From NCBI RefSeq assembly GCF_001194135.2, contig NC_068986.1, positions 42,540,992 to 42,604,991 of the forward strand: 64,000 nucleotides of DNA, read 5' to 3'. The position numbers and the translations under genes were made by a program. Numbering within the stretch: the stretch's first letter is position 1; the number at the start of each line of letters is the position of its first letter. This document shows positions 24,446-37,328 of this stretch, piece after piece. The notes under the pieces are model-generated. The model saw only the letters and a list, made by a program, of their open reading frames with translations. It was not told the origin of the DNA and searched no databases. The stretch comes from Octopus bimaculoides (taxonomy: Eukaryota).

Positions 24446-24779
24446 GATCCCCTTCAGATTACATTTCACTATCTTAAAATAAAGGGAAATATATATTAGA
24501 CGAAGAAGTCCTAAATATAGTCTACCTGAAAAAGAAAAGACAAAATGATCCCAACCTGTTCAATCAGGGCTGGCATGAGGTTAAACAATAACTACAGTGT
24601 AACATGCTGTATTTATATCATGTGCATTTTTTTTTAATATAGACACAGGACAGGATTGAAAACCTCACTCTAATTTCTGTATCATTTGTTATGCCATGCA
24701 TGGCATATATTACAATAAATGTCTCTAAAACCCTGATGGGCTTGTATAGTAGTAGTTGTGCTTAACTGATTGTTTATGG

Positions 24780-25390
24780 TGTTAAGATGTCTTGCAAACA
24801 ACTCGCACATGCAAGTGCTACCAGTCGAGAACTCCGCATACCAGAAGCCAGCAAGTGTATGGGGTCATCAGGAGAGAATGCGCGCTGTTTCAGGGTCCTA
24901 CCTCTCAACGGCATCAATGATATGAGGCCTTGCTTGCTAGATCAACTGGTTATTAAAAACAAAGCTCAATATTTCTCTAGCCATTGCTCATTGTCTCTTT
25001 TTAACCAAATCCTGTGGCTAGCCTTCTCCACTGTATTTTGGATATCGGTCATGGTGGTATTTACCTTACGATGAGTTAGGCCTAACGATAACAGCAGTCG
25101 TCCTACAAACCCTCTACATTCAACTTCAATTGGAAAATTCTCCGCTTTCCAGCCTGCGTCTTCACTTGAATTATAAATTTATGCTTATGTAGAACACCAT
25201 TTGCAGCCAACAGGGTAGCCCTTCATAGACGTCCAACATGCTGCTAAGAATAGCAACTAAATCATCATATCTTAGAAGTAAGAATATATTCAGTGAATAA
25301 TATAGACCTGAAGAAAAGTCACAATTGGAATGCCTTTGATCATTTGTCTGCTTGAACAGGGCCAATTTAGAACTAAACATCCCTCATTAA
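24780..25390 (-). mobile_element. Hero/NeSL-type (RLE-endonuclease) non-LTR retrotransposon 3' relic
   Basis: Minus strand DAGWKAENFPIEVECRGFVG...EKASHRIWLKR, matching the PIEVGCRGF and EKASRWLW motifs; stop at 24966-24968. Confidence 0.8.
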
Positions 25391-25894
25391 CCTCTGCCCG
25401 TTATGATCTATCAATGCTTCTGTAATTGGCATTTCACATCATTACTTTGACACATTTCTATGTCTATGTCAATGTGAAGTTTCTCATGAATAATAAATAC
25501 AGTGATCATCTTTTATAGTAGACTGTCATTTCCCTCTCCCACTTGTTTATTTATTTATTTATTTATTATCTCCTGCAGTTAACGAACAATAGCATGATTG
25601 GTTACAGTTTTCCAATAGACTAGTCGTTAGTTAATTGTTTTTTTCTGATGGTGAGAGCGACAAAGGAGTATGTGAGACTCAGTGCAGAATAAATACTGCA
25701 TTGACTGCTGGAAGATCACTGAATATTTCATTTTTCTCTCTGATGTTTATACACTTTCTAATACACTTTAGTGAATGAAACACACACACACATTTCTCTC
25801 TGCTAACTTTCGCTCACAACGTATTGGTCAATCTGAGGCTATTGTCCAAGTTGCTGCACTCTGTACGATTGGACTGGAACCACATGAGGCAAAG

Positions 25895-26155
25895 TGGCTG
25901 AGTTCTTTTCAAGTGTTGGACCTCACAGATGGGATGACTGAGACTTTTGGCATTATGTCATCTTGAGAAGAAGACCCATGGCATGTAAAAGCACCCATTA
26001 CACACTCAGAGTGGTTGGCATTAGAAAGGGCATCCAACTGTAGAAAACCAAGCCAAATCAGACTGTAGTCTGGTGCAGCCTTCCAGCTTACCAGCCCTTG
26101 TCAAACTGTCCAACCCATGCCAGTATGGACAATGGACATTAAATGACGATGATGA
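25895..26155 (+). mobile_element. RTE LINE 3' end with (GAT)n tail
   Basis: Family tail motif ending ttaaatgacgatgatg. Confidence 0.85.
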
Positions 26156-26199
26156 ACTCCATAGCCTTGCCTAGTTTTCATGGTTATATTTCAACTCAT

Positions 26200-26497
26200 G
26201 TGAATGTGCATGGCTCAGTGGTTAGAGTGTCGGGCTTACAATCATGAAGTAGTAAGTTCAATTTCTGGACCTGGTTGTGTGTTGTGTTCTTGAGCAAGAT
26301 GTTTTATTTCACATTGCTCCAGTTCACTCAGCTGTAGGAGTTGCAGCATCACTGATGCCAAGCTGTATCAGCCTTTGCCTTTCCCTTGGAAACATAGGAG
26401 AGGGGAGGCTGTTATGCATGAGTGACTGCTGGTCTTTCATAAACAACCTTGCCAGGACTTGTCTTGAGTGGGAGCTTTCTAGGTACAATCCCAAAGT
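26200..26497 (+). mobile_element. tRNA-head SINE family D
   Basis: A box TGGCTCAGTGG, B-box-like AGTTCAATTTC, central ttgtgttcttgagcaag..tttatttcacattgctccagttcactcagc. Confidence 0.8.
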
Positions 26498-26967
26498 AAG
26501 TCTTTACCCTTTTATATCATACTCAATTCATTGTTCTTCAGTCATTGCAAGTTTCCTTCTTTCTGTACCAAACTTACACTACATCACAGTATCAAACTTT
26601 ACATATATATCATCAAAACCATCATCATTTAATTTTTTAATGAACACATTTATATACTCAACAAACACTGAGGAATTCCTGAGGTAGATCCAGTGGCATA
26701 TCAGTATTGTATAAAGTGCTTCAATTGGAATACTACCAAGTGTATACCCAAGGTTTAAATAACTACTATATATATATATATATATATATATGTAAATGTA
26801 AGATTCAAGGATCCAGGTGTAAGGTAGTTAGTAAGCTTCAAGCAATCTGTAGAAGGTATAAAACACAACTTTCAGGAACAATAGTACTTTATTGACATGG
26901 AAGGTTGTAAATTTTTTCCCATATTGAAGCCAAAAAAAAAGTTATTTTGTAGTTCACAGTTAGCAAC

Positions 26968-27100
26968 TAAGGTTGAAGCCAATGGCGATTTTATTGAATA
27001 AATTTACTCTTTAGTATTTCAAGATATTTTTATGTAATTTTGTTAAATATATCTATTAAAATGAGATGTCAATGTTAGTTTTATTTTTGTGTTTTATATA
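26968..27100 (+). mobile_element. 3' fragment of the same mariner family as 38783-40042
   Basis: gttgaagccaatggcgattttattgaataaatttactctttagtatttcaagat (VEANGDFIE*). Confidence 0.85.
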
Positions 27101-27390
27101 TATATATATATNNNNNNNNNNNNNNNNNNNNNNNNNNNNNNNNNNNNNNNNNNNNNNNNNNNNNNNNNNNNNNNNNNNNNNNNNNNNNNNNNNNNNNNNN
27201 NNNNNNNNNNNNNNNNNNNNNNNNNNNNNNNNNNNNNNNNNNNNNNNNNNNNNNNNNNNNNNNNNNNNNNNNNNNNNNNNNNNNNNNNNNNNNNNNNNNN
27301 NNNNNNNNNNNNNNNNNNNNNNNNNNNNNNNNNNNNNNNNNNNNNNNNNNNNNNNNNNNNNNNNNNNNNNATATATATATATATATATAT

Positions 27391-28850
27391 ATATAATACA
27401 AATAATATGTGAGTATATGCATATATACGTACATGTATGTACATACCTACATCTACATGTATATATAGCTGCATATCTGGGTACAGGGCGTCACAAAAAA
27501 ACGTGGACAAAATGAAAAACAGAACATAAACAGAGCACAGAAAACATACAGGCCACATAGAGAACATTTCCTTCATCAGCTGCCACCATTCAAAAACTAA
27601 GTGTTTCGAAGAGTTAGAGCAGGACACATTGTTAGAATGGCACTTCCCGCGGAAACAAATTAAATTTGTAATGTGGAGGAATATAGTGGCGAACAGAAAA
27701 CACAAGAGGAAAACGAAACAGTGAAAATAAACAAGAAGGGCTAGTGGAGCCAGACGTGAAAAAAATAAATATGTATACTGAACGCTATGATGTGATGAAC
27801 TGAAAGGAAGAAAGAAGTTCGTGCTAGCTTGGCAGTGGCCAAGATAAAAAAGGAAGCAGTAGCCGGACACATTTGACCAGCGAAGGGTAAGGAGAAAGAG
27901 TGGTAGAGAGAGAAAAAAAGGGAAGGAAGTAGAATATAGGTGAGCAACGAGAGACAGGGAGGGAGAGAGAGATATATAGTAGTGAAGGGGAGAGGCGAAG
28001 AACAACAGAAGGAAGAACGAGATGGGGGAGAGAGATATAGTAGTGAAGGGGAGAGGCGAAGAACAACAGAAGGAAGAACGAGATGGGGAGAAAGATACAA
28101 AGATACAGTCACGTCAGAAATATAAAGTTAAAACTTATTTACAAAGATGACGCGTGCGTTCGATCATGTAATAATACAAATAATGTGAGTATATGCATAT
28201 ATACGTACATACCTACGTATGTACATACCTACATCTACATGTATATATAGCTGCATATCTGAGTACAGGACGTCACAAATAAACGTGGACAAAATGATAA
28301 ACAGAGAAATATGGATGTTTTCGATTTAGTTTGGATTCTTTGCCATAAAATTTGATTGCAACGAATTCAAATTTGATGGCAAAGAATCCAACTAGCGTTC
28401 AAAATAATTTTTCTATCGTCTTGGCCTAACAGCCCTTACCGTTTGTTCTCACTGTTGTGTCTTGTTTTTACTGTCTTGTTCTCACTGTCCTGTTCTTGTT
28501 TACACTTTCACCCTCCGCGAAAAATGTCCAAATTTTAATTAATTTGCTTGCGGGAAGGACTGCTCCAACGAAGTCGCGTATTGTCCTTGCCTACGAAACG
28601 CGGAGTAGATGGAGCAGGGACAACTGAAGAAGGGTAATATTCTTTATATTGCATGTCTCGTTTCTCTGTTTGTTTTTTTCGTTGTTCGAAAAAAAAGTTC
28701 GTTTTCTGTCTTCGTCCTTATGTTTTCGTTTCTCATTGTGTTTAACGTTTTTTGTGATGTCCTGTACCCATATATGCTTGTATGTATACATACAGATGTC
28801 GGTATGTATATATATGTATGGATATATGCATATAATTATATATATATATA
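27391..28850. mobile_element. (TA)n-embedded element with direct and inverted terminal repeats, probably Penelope-like pLTR-derived
   Basis: 27394-27530 is repeated directly at 28170-28305; a diverged inverted homolog of 27394-27670 lies at 28530-28850; hammerhead half-motifs in both arms; 61-bp tandem duplication at 27964-28090. Confidence 0.65.
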
Positions 28851-29568
28851 TATGGTGTTACAAAAGTGTACTTTCCTTGGGAAGAAAAATATAGTGGATT
28901 TCGTTTGGGCATGTAGATTTGAACCTAAATCTATAGAATTCCTCTTTAAATTACAACTGTGTTTTCTTATGGAAATTTGGCTCAACACATGGCCTGCCAA
29001 GTTGATTTATGTCCTTTCCATTTGACCCCCTATGCCACCAAAAGCTGAAATTAGATAAGAACCACCTACAGCAGTTTTCTATTGTTCTCGGTGATATATC
29101 TCTCTTTCTCAGTGTTCTGTGACAATTATAAATACTAAAATCCCGTTAGTGAAAAGAGTTGGCGAAAGAGATAACCACGAAATAGTTGGTGAAAGGAGTT
29201 GTGAGATGAGGACGACGAGAGACGACTTATAATACAATTTTCAATTGCTCACATGTCAATGGCATATGTCATTTTCTCTTTTCTCCGCTGCTGCCTACGC
29301 GACAGGCAGCACAAAAGTATCATTGTCTTCCTTTCAGTCACTCTATTACCCTTTAAGGGCTTACTACTGCAAACGGCATAAACAGTAAACACAAGATAAA
29401 GAGGAGTGACCTCCCTTTTGTTTTGACCAGCTTATTGAGAATTTGAATTCTAATATTTTGTGACGACTTCGTATCTCAAACACTGGATTTTCAATCTACA
29501 AGGACTGCCTTAAACTCTAATATTTTTTGATGGCTTTGTGCAATGAACTCTAATATATATCATAACAG

Positions 29569-29585
29569 CTTTTGCTGACTTTGAT
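29569..29585 (+). CDS. Candidate 17-nt micro-exon
   Basis: cataacag|CTTTTGCTGACTTTGAT|gtgagt; phase 0-2 bridges exons 17217-17285 and 32238-32277. Confidence 0.3.
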
Positions 29586-29759
29586 GTGAGTTTTTGCAAT
29601 ATTTCCTTCTCAATACATAAATGAATTATTATGGACTTGTTTGTTGTATTTGTTGTTTTCCTTTTGTCTAACCGTAACGATACACACACACACGCACAAA
29701 TATATGCATTGTGGAAGAGGTATATCCAAGAAGACATGAGATGAGGTGGTGACACATGA

Positions 29760-31157
29760 TCTTCAACTGTTGGGTTTCATGGAGGCAATGACAAGTGATT
29801 GAGACCTTTGGTGTGCTTGAGAAGACTTGTCAAACCAAATGAAATCATAGTTGTGGTCAGTGTTGGTGACGTAAAAGCGCCCATGCCAGTGACATGTAAA
29901 AGGCACCTACTAGACACTTGGAGTGGTTAGCATTAGGAAGGGCATCCAGCTGTAGAAACCATGCCAAATCAGACTGGAAGCTGATACAGCTCTCCAACGC
30001 CAGTCAAACCATCTAACACATGCTGGCATAGAAAGCAGATACTTAATGATGATGATGATGATATATGTATGACTTATTCATCATGGTAGTCGGTGAACAG
30101 GTTGTCTTCTAGTTTTACTTTGCCTGTTTATGTGTTTAAAATTTACCTGATGATGGCAGGTTTTTGCTTTGATGTAATCTAAGAATGCATCAATAAAATG
30201 CTGCCAAAACGGTTGCTGTGAATCTTAAACCCCACTTGTGTTCTTCTTTATATATGCACCTCTCTTGGAATCAGCTTTCAGTCAGGTCTACAAATGATAT
30301 TGGATTTGGTGCCTCTGTGTGTATATATCATCGTCATCATTTAACATTCACTTCCCATGCTGGCATGGGTTGGACAGTTTGACTGAAAACTGATAAGCGA
30401 AGGGGCTACACCAGGTTCTAATCTGACTCGGCAAGGTTTCTACAGCTGGATGTCTTTCGTTATGCCACCACTCCGAGAGTGTAGTGGGTGCTTTTTACAT
30501 TCCACTGGCACGGGTGCCAGTGACCTGACACCAGCATCAGCCATGACTATGGTCACACTTGGCTTGACAGGTCAACACAAGCACAGTATATTGCCAAGGA
30601 TCATGGTCACCTGTCACTGCCTCCATGATGCACAACGCTCGAATGGTACTTTTTACATGCCAGTCAGACAGCACTGGCACCAGGTACAACTATGATTTCA
30701 CTTGGCTCAACAGGTCTCTTCACAAGCACAGCATATTGCCCAACGATTGAAGGGTGCTTCTAAAGGGTCAGTTAAATGACACAAGCATCGGCCTTGACTA
30801 CGATCTCACTTGGCTTGAGGGGTTTTCTCAAGTGTGGCATATCTCCAAACACTGAGACTGGTGAAGGTGATAAGTGACTGAGACCTTTGGTAATATACCA
30901 TGCTTGAGAAGACTCATCAAGCCAAGTGAAGTCGTAGTCATGGCCAATGCTGGTGTCATGTAACTGGCACCCATGCTGGCAGCATGTAAAAAGCACCCAT
31001 TACACTCTTGGAGTGGTTAGTATTAGAAAGGGCATCCATCCATAGGAACTATACCAAATCAGATTTGAACCTGGTGCAGCCCTCCAGATTACCATTGTCA
31101 GTTGAACTGTCTAACCCATGCCAGCATGGAAAGCAGATGCTAAATGATGATGATGAT
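29760..31157. mobile_element. Three RTE 3' ends in alternating orientation (+ 29760-30062, - 30328-30830, + 30860-31157)
   Basis: Each carries the aggaagggcatccag..ccatgc..gcat..aaa..gatgatgat tail or its reverse complement. Confidence 0.85.
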
Positions 31158-31164
31158 ACATACA

Positions 31165-31203
<39 letters not shown>

Positions 31204-31376
31204 GCACNNNNNNNNNNNNNNNNNNNNNNNNNNNNNNNNNNNNNNNNNNNNNNNNNNNNNNNNNNNNNNNNNNNNNNNNNNNNNNNNNNNNNNNNNNNNN
31301 NNNNNNNNNNNNNNNNNNNNNNNNNNNNNNNNNNNNNNNNNNNNNNNNNNNNNNNNNNNNNNNNNNNNNNNNNNNN

Positions 31377-31437
<61 letters not shown>

Positions 31438-32237
31438 CACATATATATAAACATGGTTTGGAAGCAAGCTTCATAACCACATATCCACGCCACTCTTCCT
31501 TTTCATTAACACATTTTCATTCTTAATACCATAAAGAACTGAGAGATCTTCCTTTATTTTCCAAACTTTTTCACACCATGTTGTTTGACAAGAGTTGGAT
31601 GTTCCTTCAGAGGTGTTGTTCAGTTTTTATCTGATTTCCTTTCCAATTACTTCTCAGCTTTCATGTAATTCACTTAATTGATCCCTCATTGTGTTTTTGA
31701 TGTTGAATTTGTATTTTAGGGAAGGTCTGTGACACCTCAGATAGTGTTTTGTATTATAGCTGTTATTTTGTAATCAGCTTTTATATCTAAGAAGAGTTTT
31801 GGGGTGGCAGCTATTTATCGTAATTCTTATATAATTTTTTCCTTCAGATATATTTCTCATCTTTTACACATATTTTTATTGTGGGCACTTTTTCTATAGC
31901 CAGAATCTATTTCTGTTTCTTTTATTTGTTTTCTTTTCCTCATTTGTGGTTTCGATGATATTGGTTTTCAACTTATTACTTTTGTTGTTTGTTGATTTGT
32001 GTTGTGTCTTGTTTTATAATCTGGTCATATGTATTCCTTTTATGTATTCATATGATATAGCTTTCCTTTTATCCATGCCTTTTCATATAAAGCAACAATG
32101 ATTCTCCACTGTTTTCTGGTTTAAACTCCACTTCAAGAACATGCATCCCTCTCTTTTATTTCTAATGTAATATATTCTCATACAGACAAGGTTTTTAAAA
32201 TGTTTTAATCTATAGTCAACATTTTATTATTACACAG

Positions 32238-32277
32238 CTGGAGACACCAGAGGTGTTATTTCTTTTCAGATCCTAAA
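32238..32277 (+). CDS. Candidate exon (WRHQRCYFFSDPK; alternative frame GDTRGVISFQILK)
   Basis: Acceptor ttttattattacacag, donor AAA|gtataa. Confidence 0.35.
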
Positions 32278-32484
32278 GTATAATCATTTCATGTTATGCT
32301 ACTAAATTACTTAGTATTACCACCACACCATATTCTACAGTTTGTTTATTACTCTATTTAAGTTCTGTGAAAATTAACTTTTCTCTTGTGATTATATACG
32401 TTATCGTGTAGTTTCATTTTCTATTATAAAGGTATTAAATATGGTTGTGTGTGCATGTGTGTGTGTGTGTGTGTGTATGTGTGC

Positions 32485-32634
32485 ATGGTAAAAAGCTTGC
32501 TTCTCAATCACATGGTTCCTGGTTCAGTCCCACTGCATGGCAACTTGGGCAAGTGTCTTCTGTTATAGCCTTGAGCCAACCAAAGCCTTGTGAGTGGAGC
32601 TGCTCAATGTAAACAGAAAAAAGCCTGTCATATA

Positions 32635-32703
<69 letters not shown>

Positions 32704-32905
32704 GTTTGTGTTTGACAACTGGACAACTGATGTTGGTATGTTTACATCCTGATAACTTAGCGATTCAGTAAATGTGAGTGATAGAATAAGTACCCCGTTT
32801 AAAAAAATAAATTCTGGTATAAGTTCATTTGACCAAAACTTCTTCAAGGTGGTGCCCCAGCATGGCTGCAATCTGATGATTTGAAACAAGTAAAAGCTAA
32901 AAGAT
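32485..32905 (+). mobile_element. SINE family B with long internal (TA)n
   Basis: Family head and tail motifs. Confidence 0.85.
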
Positions 32906-33027
32906 GTGTGTGTGTGTGTGTGGTATAGTCCTGGTGGTCAACAATCCCTTCTAGATTAAGTTGAGTTGAGGTAGGTTTGACATTTACATCAAAGAATAAA
33001 GAAGGTGTACAGAGTATACACATTTAA

Positions 33028-33217
33028 CCCTTCAGTATTTAAACCAGGCATATCGGGTCCAAATTGTCAAAGTGGTGAGATCCAGCCTCTTACACCTATC
33101 CTACAATGTCCTTTTAGAAATTAACACTCACATCATCCAAATCTCCAAGCTATGAGATTATTTCAAAATGATGTGAAAAAGTATTACGTTTAACTGAAAA
33201 ATCTGAATACTAAAGAG
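33028..33217. mobile_element. piggyBac-type MITE (TTAA target); reverse copy at about 44057-44250
   Basis: TTAA|cccttcagtattt ... tctgaatactaaagag|taaa; internal sequence matches the reverse complement of 44057-44250. Confidence 0.7.
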
Positions 33218-34098
33218 TAAATATTTATTTACTATATATCATAGAAGGTAGTGAGGAATCATCTCCTTTTCCCTGCTCCCCCTGCTCCAGTTCATATGTA
33301 GCATTGGTTATCTCCCCCATCCTTCATTCACCATTCACTACATCCACCCCTCAACCCTACCTGTCACCACTCACTTCTACATCCCTCATATCTTCAGCAT
33401 CCACCTTGACACTTCATCAACACTATTTTTATCTCTTCCCAGCGTCACCTCAACAATTCCCACTCGCTCTTCTAAAATGATATGAGGTTATAGTCAACTA
33501 TATCAGGACAATGTTCAGAAGAAGAGGGAGTGGACAGGCTTTCACACAGGTTCTGTCTGCCCCAAATTCACTCAAGGCATTGGTCAGCCAAGGGCTATAG
33601 CCAAAGACACTTGTTCAAGGTACTACTCAGTGGAACTGAACCTGAAGCCATTTGGCTGTGATGAGAACATCTTAACCACACATCCATGCATGCTAACTGG
33701 GGTGGGTTTGAACTCAGAACAAAAAGGATGTAACTAAATACCATATAGTATTTTGTTTAATCTTCTACTGTTCCTGCCATTCTATAGATTTCATTTATGG
33801 TTTTTCTTTTCTCTTTTATTTGTGTCTTGAAGATTAAGTTTTTACTTAGTTTAGATTACAATGATTTGAATAAGGCATTTATTTTGTTCACTATTTTCTG
33901 TACTGTATCAGATCAAGCTAAAGTAAACATTTCCTCATTTCCTCTGATAAATAATGACAAAATAATGTTTGTCCTGTTGTATTTTGGGATTAAGCTGCCT
34001 GCTATTGATTTGGTTTGAGCTACTTTTGGCTATAATTTTGCTGTCAGTGGAAATAGTAGTGCTACATATCTTATGTTGGGTTAAACACTATTACTCAG

Positions 34099-34141
34099 AA
34101 AGAAGTGAATGTGTTACATGAGTTTTCATCACCAACAGTTT
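34099..34141 (+). CDS. Candidate exon (KEVNVLHEFSSPTV)
   Basis: Acceptor ctattactcag, perfect donor gtaagt; phase 0-1. Confidence 0.4.
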
Positions 34142-34805
34142 GTAAGTTAAGAAGTGATGTTTGTAAGCTGAGAAGGGGTTGAATGCTGTGCACAAAAATT
34201 CTCAGTTCATTGAAATTTAATAGCTGCTTGAAGACAGAAAGCAAAAGTCCAGTGACAGATGTTAGTGACTCTCAAAGTAAAGGGGAAATAATTCCTAGGA
34301 ATTATGGATTAATCTCTTTCAGTTAATTTACATGCCTAGAGGGAGTGTCAACAATGGACATGTTTCCATTTATGAGACCTCATCAGTGTAATATAGTCCA
34401 TTCAAGCATGCTTGATTAGTAAACGAAGATTTTTCGTCATCATCATCACTATTATCACCACCACCACACAAGTTTTCCGTGCTGGCATGGTTTAGAGAAC
34501 GTGCCACTGTCTGAGTCAGCTCTTTTTTGAAGTTACAACCCTCTTAGATAGGTCAAGAATGATAACATCTCACTTGTATGTTTAATTTGGCATGGTTCCT
34601 ATTGCTAGATACCCTTCCTAACACTAGCTACTTTACAGAATGTACTGCATTTTACCATGCTACCTGCATTAGAGAAGTTGTCATGTCCTTGAAAAGACTA
34701 AAGAGTCTCTCTCTATGTATCTGCTCATTTACCAATTGCTTTATAGTGTGTACTGGTGGCATTTTATCATGGTGCCGGCACTAGAGATATTGCTTTATAT
34801 ATATG

Positions 34806-34842
<37 letters not shown>

Positions 34843-34916
34843 TAATGGTTTCTTATTAGGAAACCAATAGATTTTATACAGGGCTGCAAGAAGTGCTCAG
34901 AATAACTGAGACGAGT

Positions 34917-37328
34917 AAAATATTAGTTAAAGAATAAAAAGACTGGGTTAACGACTCAACATATCACACCCCCTCAATGAACATATATAAGAAATACAGC
35001 ATAAACTGTCAAACATAAGGAATAAGAAGAAATATCGCAAGAAAAATAATGCAAGAAATAATAAATAAATAAAAAATATAGCATATGGTATAAAATTTTT
35101 ATACATGAATATATTGTTTCAACCGGTAACATGAAACTGAAAAAAATTGAGTTAAAGGTATAATACAATACATGTGCTGATGACCTTGCCCTAATTGCGG
35201 AGTCACTATCAGAACTAGAGGAGAAGTTTCAGGTGTGGAAGCAAGGTCTAGAATTGAAGGGCCTTAGAGTCAACCCAGCTAAAACCAAAATCCTAATAAG
35301 TAGGAAGGTAGATAAAACACAAACCCCTTCAGGTAGATGGCCCTGCTCAGTATGTAGAAAAGGAGTAGGTAGTAACTCTATAAGATGTACCCGGTGCAAG
35401 CTATGGACACATAAGAGGTGCAGCAACATCAAAGGCAGGTTAACTAGCAAGTTAGTTTTTGTTTGTGGCAAATGTTCAGGTGCAATANNNNNNNNNNNNN
35501 NNNNNNNNNNNNNNNNNNNNNNNNNNNNNNNNNNNNNNNNNNNNNNNNNNNNNNNNNNNNNNNNNNNNNNNNNNNNNNNNNNNNNNNNNNNNNNNNNNNN
35601 NNNNNNNNNNNNNNNNNNNNNNNNNNNNNNNNNNNNNNNNNNNNNNNNNNNNNNNNNNNNNNNNNNNNNNNNNNNNNNNNNNNNNNNNNNNNNNNNNNNN
35701 NNNNNNNNNNNNNNNNNNNNNNNNNNNNNNNNNNNNNNNNNNNNNNNNNNNNNNNNNNNNNNNNNNNNNNNNNNNNNNNNNNNNNNNNNNNNNNNNNNNN
35801 NNNNNNNNNNNNNNNNNNNNNNNNNNNNNNNNNNNNNNNNNNNNNNNNNNNNNNNNNNNNNNNNNNNNNNNNNNNNNNNNNNNNNNNNNNNNNNNNNNNN
35901 NNNNNNNNNNNNNNNNNNNNNNNNNNNNNNNNNNNNNNNNNNNNNNNNNNNNNNNNNNNNNNNNNNNNNNNNNNNNNNNNNNNNNNNNNNNNNNNNNNNN
36001 NNNNNNNNNNNNNNNNNNNNNNNNNNNNNNNNNNNNNNNNNNNNNNNNNNNNNNNNNNNNNNNNNNNNNNNNNNNNNNNNNNNNNNNNNNNNNNNNNNNN
36101 NNNNNNNNNNNNNNNNNNNNNNNNNNNNNNNNNNNNNNNNNNNNNNNNNNNNNNNNAGGAAGGGCATCCAGCTGTAGAAACTATGCCAAATTAGATTGGA
36201 GCCTGGTGTTGCCATCCGGTTTCACCAGTCCTCAGTCAAATCGTCCAACCCATGCTAGCATGGAAAGCGGACGTTAAACGATGATGATGATGATGTGAAT
36301 ATCATTTCTTAGAAGTTACAAAAGTTAAAATTAACACGAATAAAAATTAATACGGAAGGAGTAAAAATTTCAAATATATAATATAATAATATAATATAAA
36401 ATAATATAAGTCGATATAGTAAAATAAAATGACATGAAGAAATGAGGTACCATAAAGTAGTCTATCGGTTGAAAAAACAAGAACAGAAGCGATTTAACAC
36501 CACTTAGAATTAAAGTTCAAAGTTCTTCAATTCCCTCGAGCACATTTCACACCTCAAAACCAGTAGACACCAAAAGGCAAGTTCGCACCAATCTGGCACA
36601 CACAAGAGCGAACAACAGGCACCCAGCAGGTATCAACAGGCAAAAGTTCAGTTCCGCTCACCATGTCCAAAAAGGTTCACCACACATGAGTCAAAAACAA
36701 TTACAGCATACCGCAAGTATGCATCAGTAAAAACAATTTCACAAATTTCATACAATACCTATGGCCATTTCAGAGGTACACCACTGTATTTCAAAACACA
36801 ATAGAGTGTAAATAGGTGATGACCCCCTCGTCAGGGTAAATTCATGTACAAAGTCATGACATGCACAAAGGGGAAAAAAAAATGATTTCTTTAAAGAGCA
36901 AATGTATATATAAACAAAATGGACCAGCCTATGTAAATAATGGGAGGATTCAAAAAAAAAAAAGATAAAGTGCCATTTTAGAATTCTGCAACCATAAGTT
37001 TTCCTCCACCTTCTTGAAAATGTATAGAGATAAAAATAAATTTAAGAGTAATAAATAATAACAAATGTAATAGTTTACGTGTAGGTTGGTTTTGATACTG
37101 CAGCCTGTTTAGCTATTCCATGTTATCGGTTGAAACAATATATTCGTGTATAAAAATTTTATACTATATGCTATATTTTTTATTTATTTATCATTTCTTA
37201 CATTATTTTTCTTGCGTTATTTCGACTTATTCCTTATGTTTGACGGATTATGCTGTATTTCTTATATATGTTCATTGAGGGGGTGTGATATGTTGAGTCG
37301 TTAACGCAGTCTTTTTATTCTTTAACTA

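Noticed and set aside
27964-28090. Direct repeats that might suggest a CRISPR array (also 46277-46578 and 6357-6426)
   Set aside because: Head-to-tail tandem units with no unique spacers, no cas genes, eukaryotic context.
33833-33874. Candidate exon IKFLLSLDYNDLNK
   Set aside because: Would need a non-consensus GC donor (GCATTT); not required by the chain.
36815-36850. GTGATGA-CCCC...GGGT-AAA and reverse CTGACGA, hammerhead-like (also CTGATGA-AGCT-GAAA at about 18036 and CTGATGA at 41412)
   Set aside because: Core boxes mutated or no supportable stems I-III.
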